Positions 62,109 to 64,000 of a DNA stretch of 64,000 nt are shown here, piece after piece. Within the stretch, counting starts at the first letter, position 1, and the number at the start of each line of letters is the position of its first letter. A program made the translations under genes and the position numbers. The stretch comes from Salpingoeca rosetta. Lineage: Eukaryota > Protista > Choanoflagellata. The notes under the pieces are model-generated. The model had not been told where the DNA came from. It worked only from the letters and a program-made list of their open reading frames with translations, and did no database searches. The DNA lies in the NCBI GenBank assembly GCA_033442325.1, contig JAWQFM010000003.1:2554324-2618323 (forward strand), in the 5' to 3' direction.

Positions 62109-63471
62109 GAGCACTTGGTGACACCGTGCATCCGACCCCCCCCCCCACACATACACAATTTTCCCAAAGTGATTGGCATCACCAACCAGCGTGAAACCAC
62201 CGTGGTCTGGGACAAAGGCACTGGTCAACCTTTGCACAACGCCATCGGTATGCCATGCTTGAGTGTGTGCACGTGTGTGCAACTGTGTGTGCATGTGTCA
62301 AGTGTGTGTGCATGGTTATGCTTGTGCATGTATCGAGTTTGCGTGCGCATGTGTCGCGTCATGTCAGCAGCCACGACTTGCCTCACACCGCCCCCCCCCC
62401 ATCCCGGTGCTGCTTGACGTTGGTTAGTCTGGCAGGACACGCGAACGGCACCAACCGTGGAGCGCCTCATCAACGACACGCCAACACAGGACATGAACTA
62501 CTTCCAGGTGCGTGTATGTGTGTGTGTGTGTGTGTGCATGTGTGTGTGTGTGTGATTGGGGAGGTGGAGTGGGTGTCGAGTGACAAACAAAAGCGCGAGT
62601 GCGAGTGAGACAGCGTGTGCGTGCGCGTGCGTGCGTGTGCATGCGTGCACGTCAGACCAACGCAACTGCAGTGGTGGGTTTGATCAAATCAAACCCTGTA
62701 GGCCTGCCTGCAATTACGTTTTGTTTGCTTCTCTTCGCCACCTCCCACACCCTCCCGTGTCATGTTCCGTGTCATGTTTCGTGTCCGTTCATGATGTCAT
62801 GCAACCGCGTGCGCAGAAAAAGTGCGGCCTTCCCTTCTCCACATATTTTAGTGCGCTGAAACTTCGCTGGATGCTTGACAACATCCCTCTTGTCAGGGAG
62901 GAGGTAGCTGCAGGTACGCAGCTATAATTCGCGGCGGTGCATGCGTGTGCATGCGTGTGCATCTGCATTTCGTGTGTACTTGCTGGATAATTCCACGTAT
63001 CGTGAGTCTGTTGCACTGGAAGCGTTAGATGACCTTGTGAATCATTAATTATTTGTTTGTTCGCGTGTGTGCGTGTACATGTGTGTGTGCTTCTACATGT
63101 GTCTGTATGTGTGTGTGTGTGTGTGCATGTACATGTGTGTGTGTGTGTGCATGTACATGTGCGTGTGTGTGTCTTATACAGGCCGCTGCATGTGCGGCAC
63201 CATCGATTCCTGGCTCATCTGGAACCTTACAGGTATCATCAACATCGCCACACGCACGTGCATTCCTGCGTGTTGTACCTCTCACCCCCGCGCTTGACAT
63301 GGATTCGCTCATCACCCACATCCATCACCCACGCAACACCTTGACGCGACGTCAACACCATGTTGGACCAGGCGGGCTGCGCGGCGGCGTGCATGTGACG
63401 GACGTGACCAACGCCAGCCGCACCATGCTCATGAACGTCAACACGCTCCAGTGGGACACAGACATCTGCAA
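61228..63471 (+). CDS. GK: Glycerol kinase, 5' part (8 exons seen; the rest is not identified within the window)
   Basis: Motifs [75 protein letters not shown] and [15 protein letters not shown]. Confidence 0.93.
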
Positions 63472-63592
63472 GTCAGTGCCTGCAGCGGAGCTGGATGCAT
63501 GGAAGTGTGCATGGGTAGTGTGTGTGTGCATGTGTGTGCGTGTGCGTGTGCATGTGTGTGTGTGTGTGGTTGCGTTTGAGTGGGTAGCACAT

Positions 63593-63641
<49 letters not shown>

Positions 63642-64000
63642 TCCATCTTGGTCGGGTTCAAGGTAAGGACACACGCCTGTGCGCTTGCATCAATTCTTAG
63701 GAGGCCCTGCCAAGTTTCTCTTCCATATCTGATCGTTACCGAAGTTTACGGCAGTAGATGGGCACTCACACCTCACAAACTCATTAAAAATAATTCAAAG
63801 CAACAAAAAGAGAACCCAACGCAACAACTCAATACCTGTACGAGAGAGAAATAGCAGTACACTGGAGATCATCTTGACCCCTCCGAGGCACACTCACAGA
63901 CGCGGCAGGTCAATCCACCACATGCACTGTAAAGACTCACTATGACACGACCATTTATTATCGTGAGCGTCAAGGACAGGGTCGCAGGAGGAAGGAAGGA

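Overview
Gene-dense, intron-rich eukaryotic genomic DNA. The short GT-AG introns are packed with (GT)n/(CA)n microsatellites. This style and the gene content point to a choanoflagellate, most likely Salpingoeca rosetta (inference). Almost all entries in the six-frame ORF track are microsatellite artefacts, so I rebuilt the genes by splicing exons by hand. About 21 protein-coding genes are supported: an SH2-like protein 3' end, NEK1-like kinase, a secreted beta-rich protein, a dCMP-deaminase homologue, AFG1L, an F-box-like protein, CENP-K, PPP2R3C, CaMKI-like kinase, MVK, a C4-zinc-finger protein, a TGL/SDP1 patatin lipase, a DUF5054-like glycosidase, NACA, NDUFV3-like, MPP10, NUP62, COMMD1, DUF6787-like, TPPP-like and the 5' part of glycerol kinase. 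Sixteen of them form eight head-to-head pairs. Five observations stand out. (1) A Q-rich protein whose spliced exons build a nuclear-receptor-like double C4 zinc finger (CxxC-x11-CxxC-x35-Cx5C-x14-CxxCR) with no ligand-binding domain. (2) An intact dCMP-deaminase homologue with all three Zn ligands replaced (H>Q, C>D, C>S). (3) A 107-aa NDUFV3-like complex I subunit absent from the ORF track. (4) A 22-nt identical element containing a perfect MARE (TGCTGACTCAGCA) in two unrelated promoters, plus related sites. (5) A polarised 5'-(GU)n...(CA)n-3' intron architecture. All family assignments come from recalled motifs; no searches were run.
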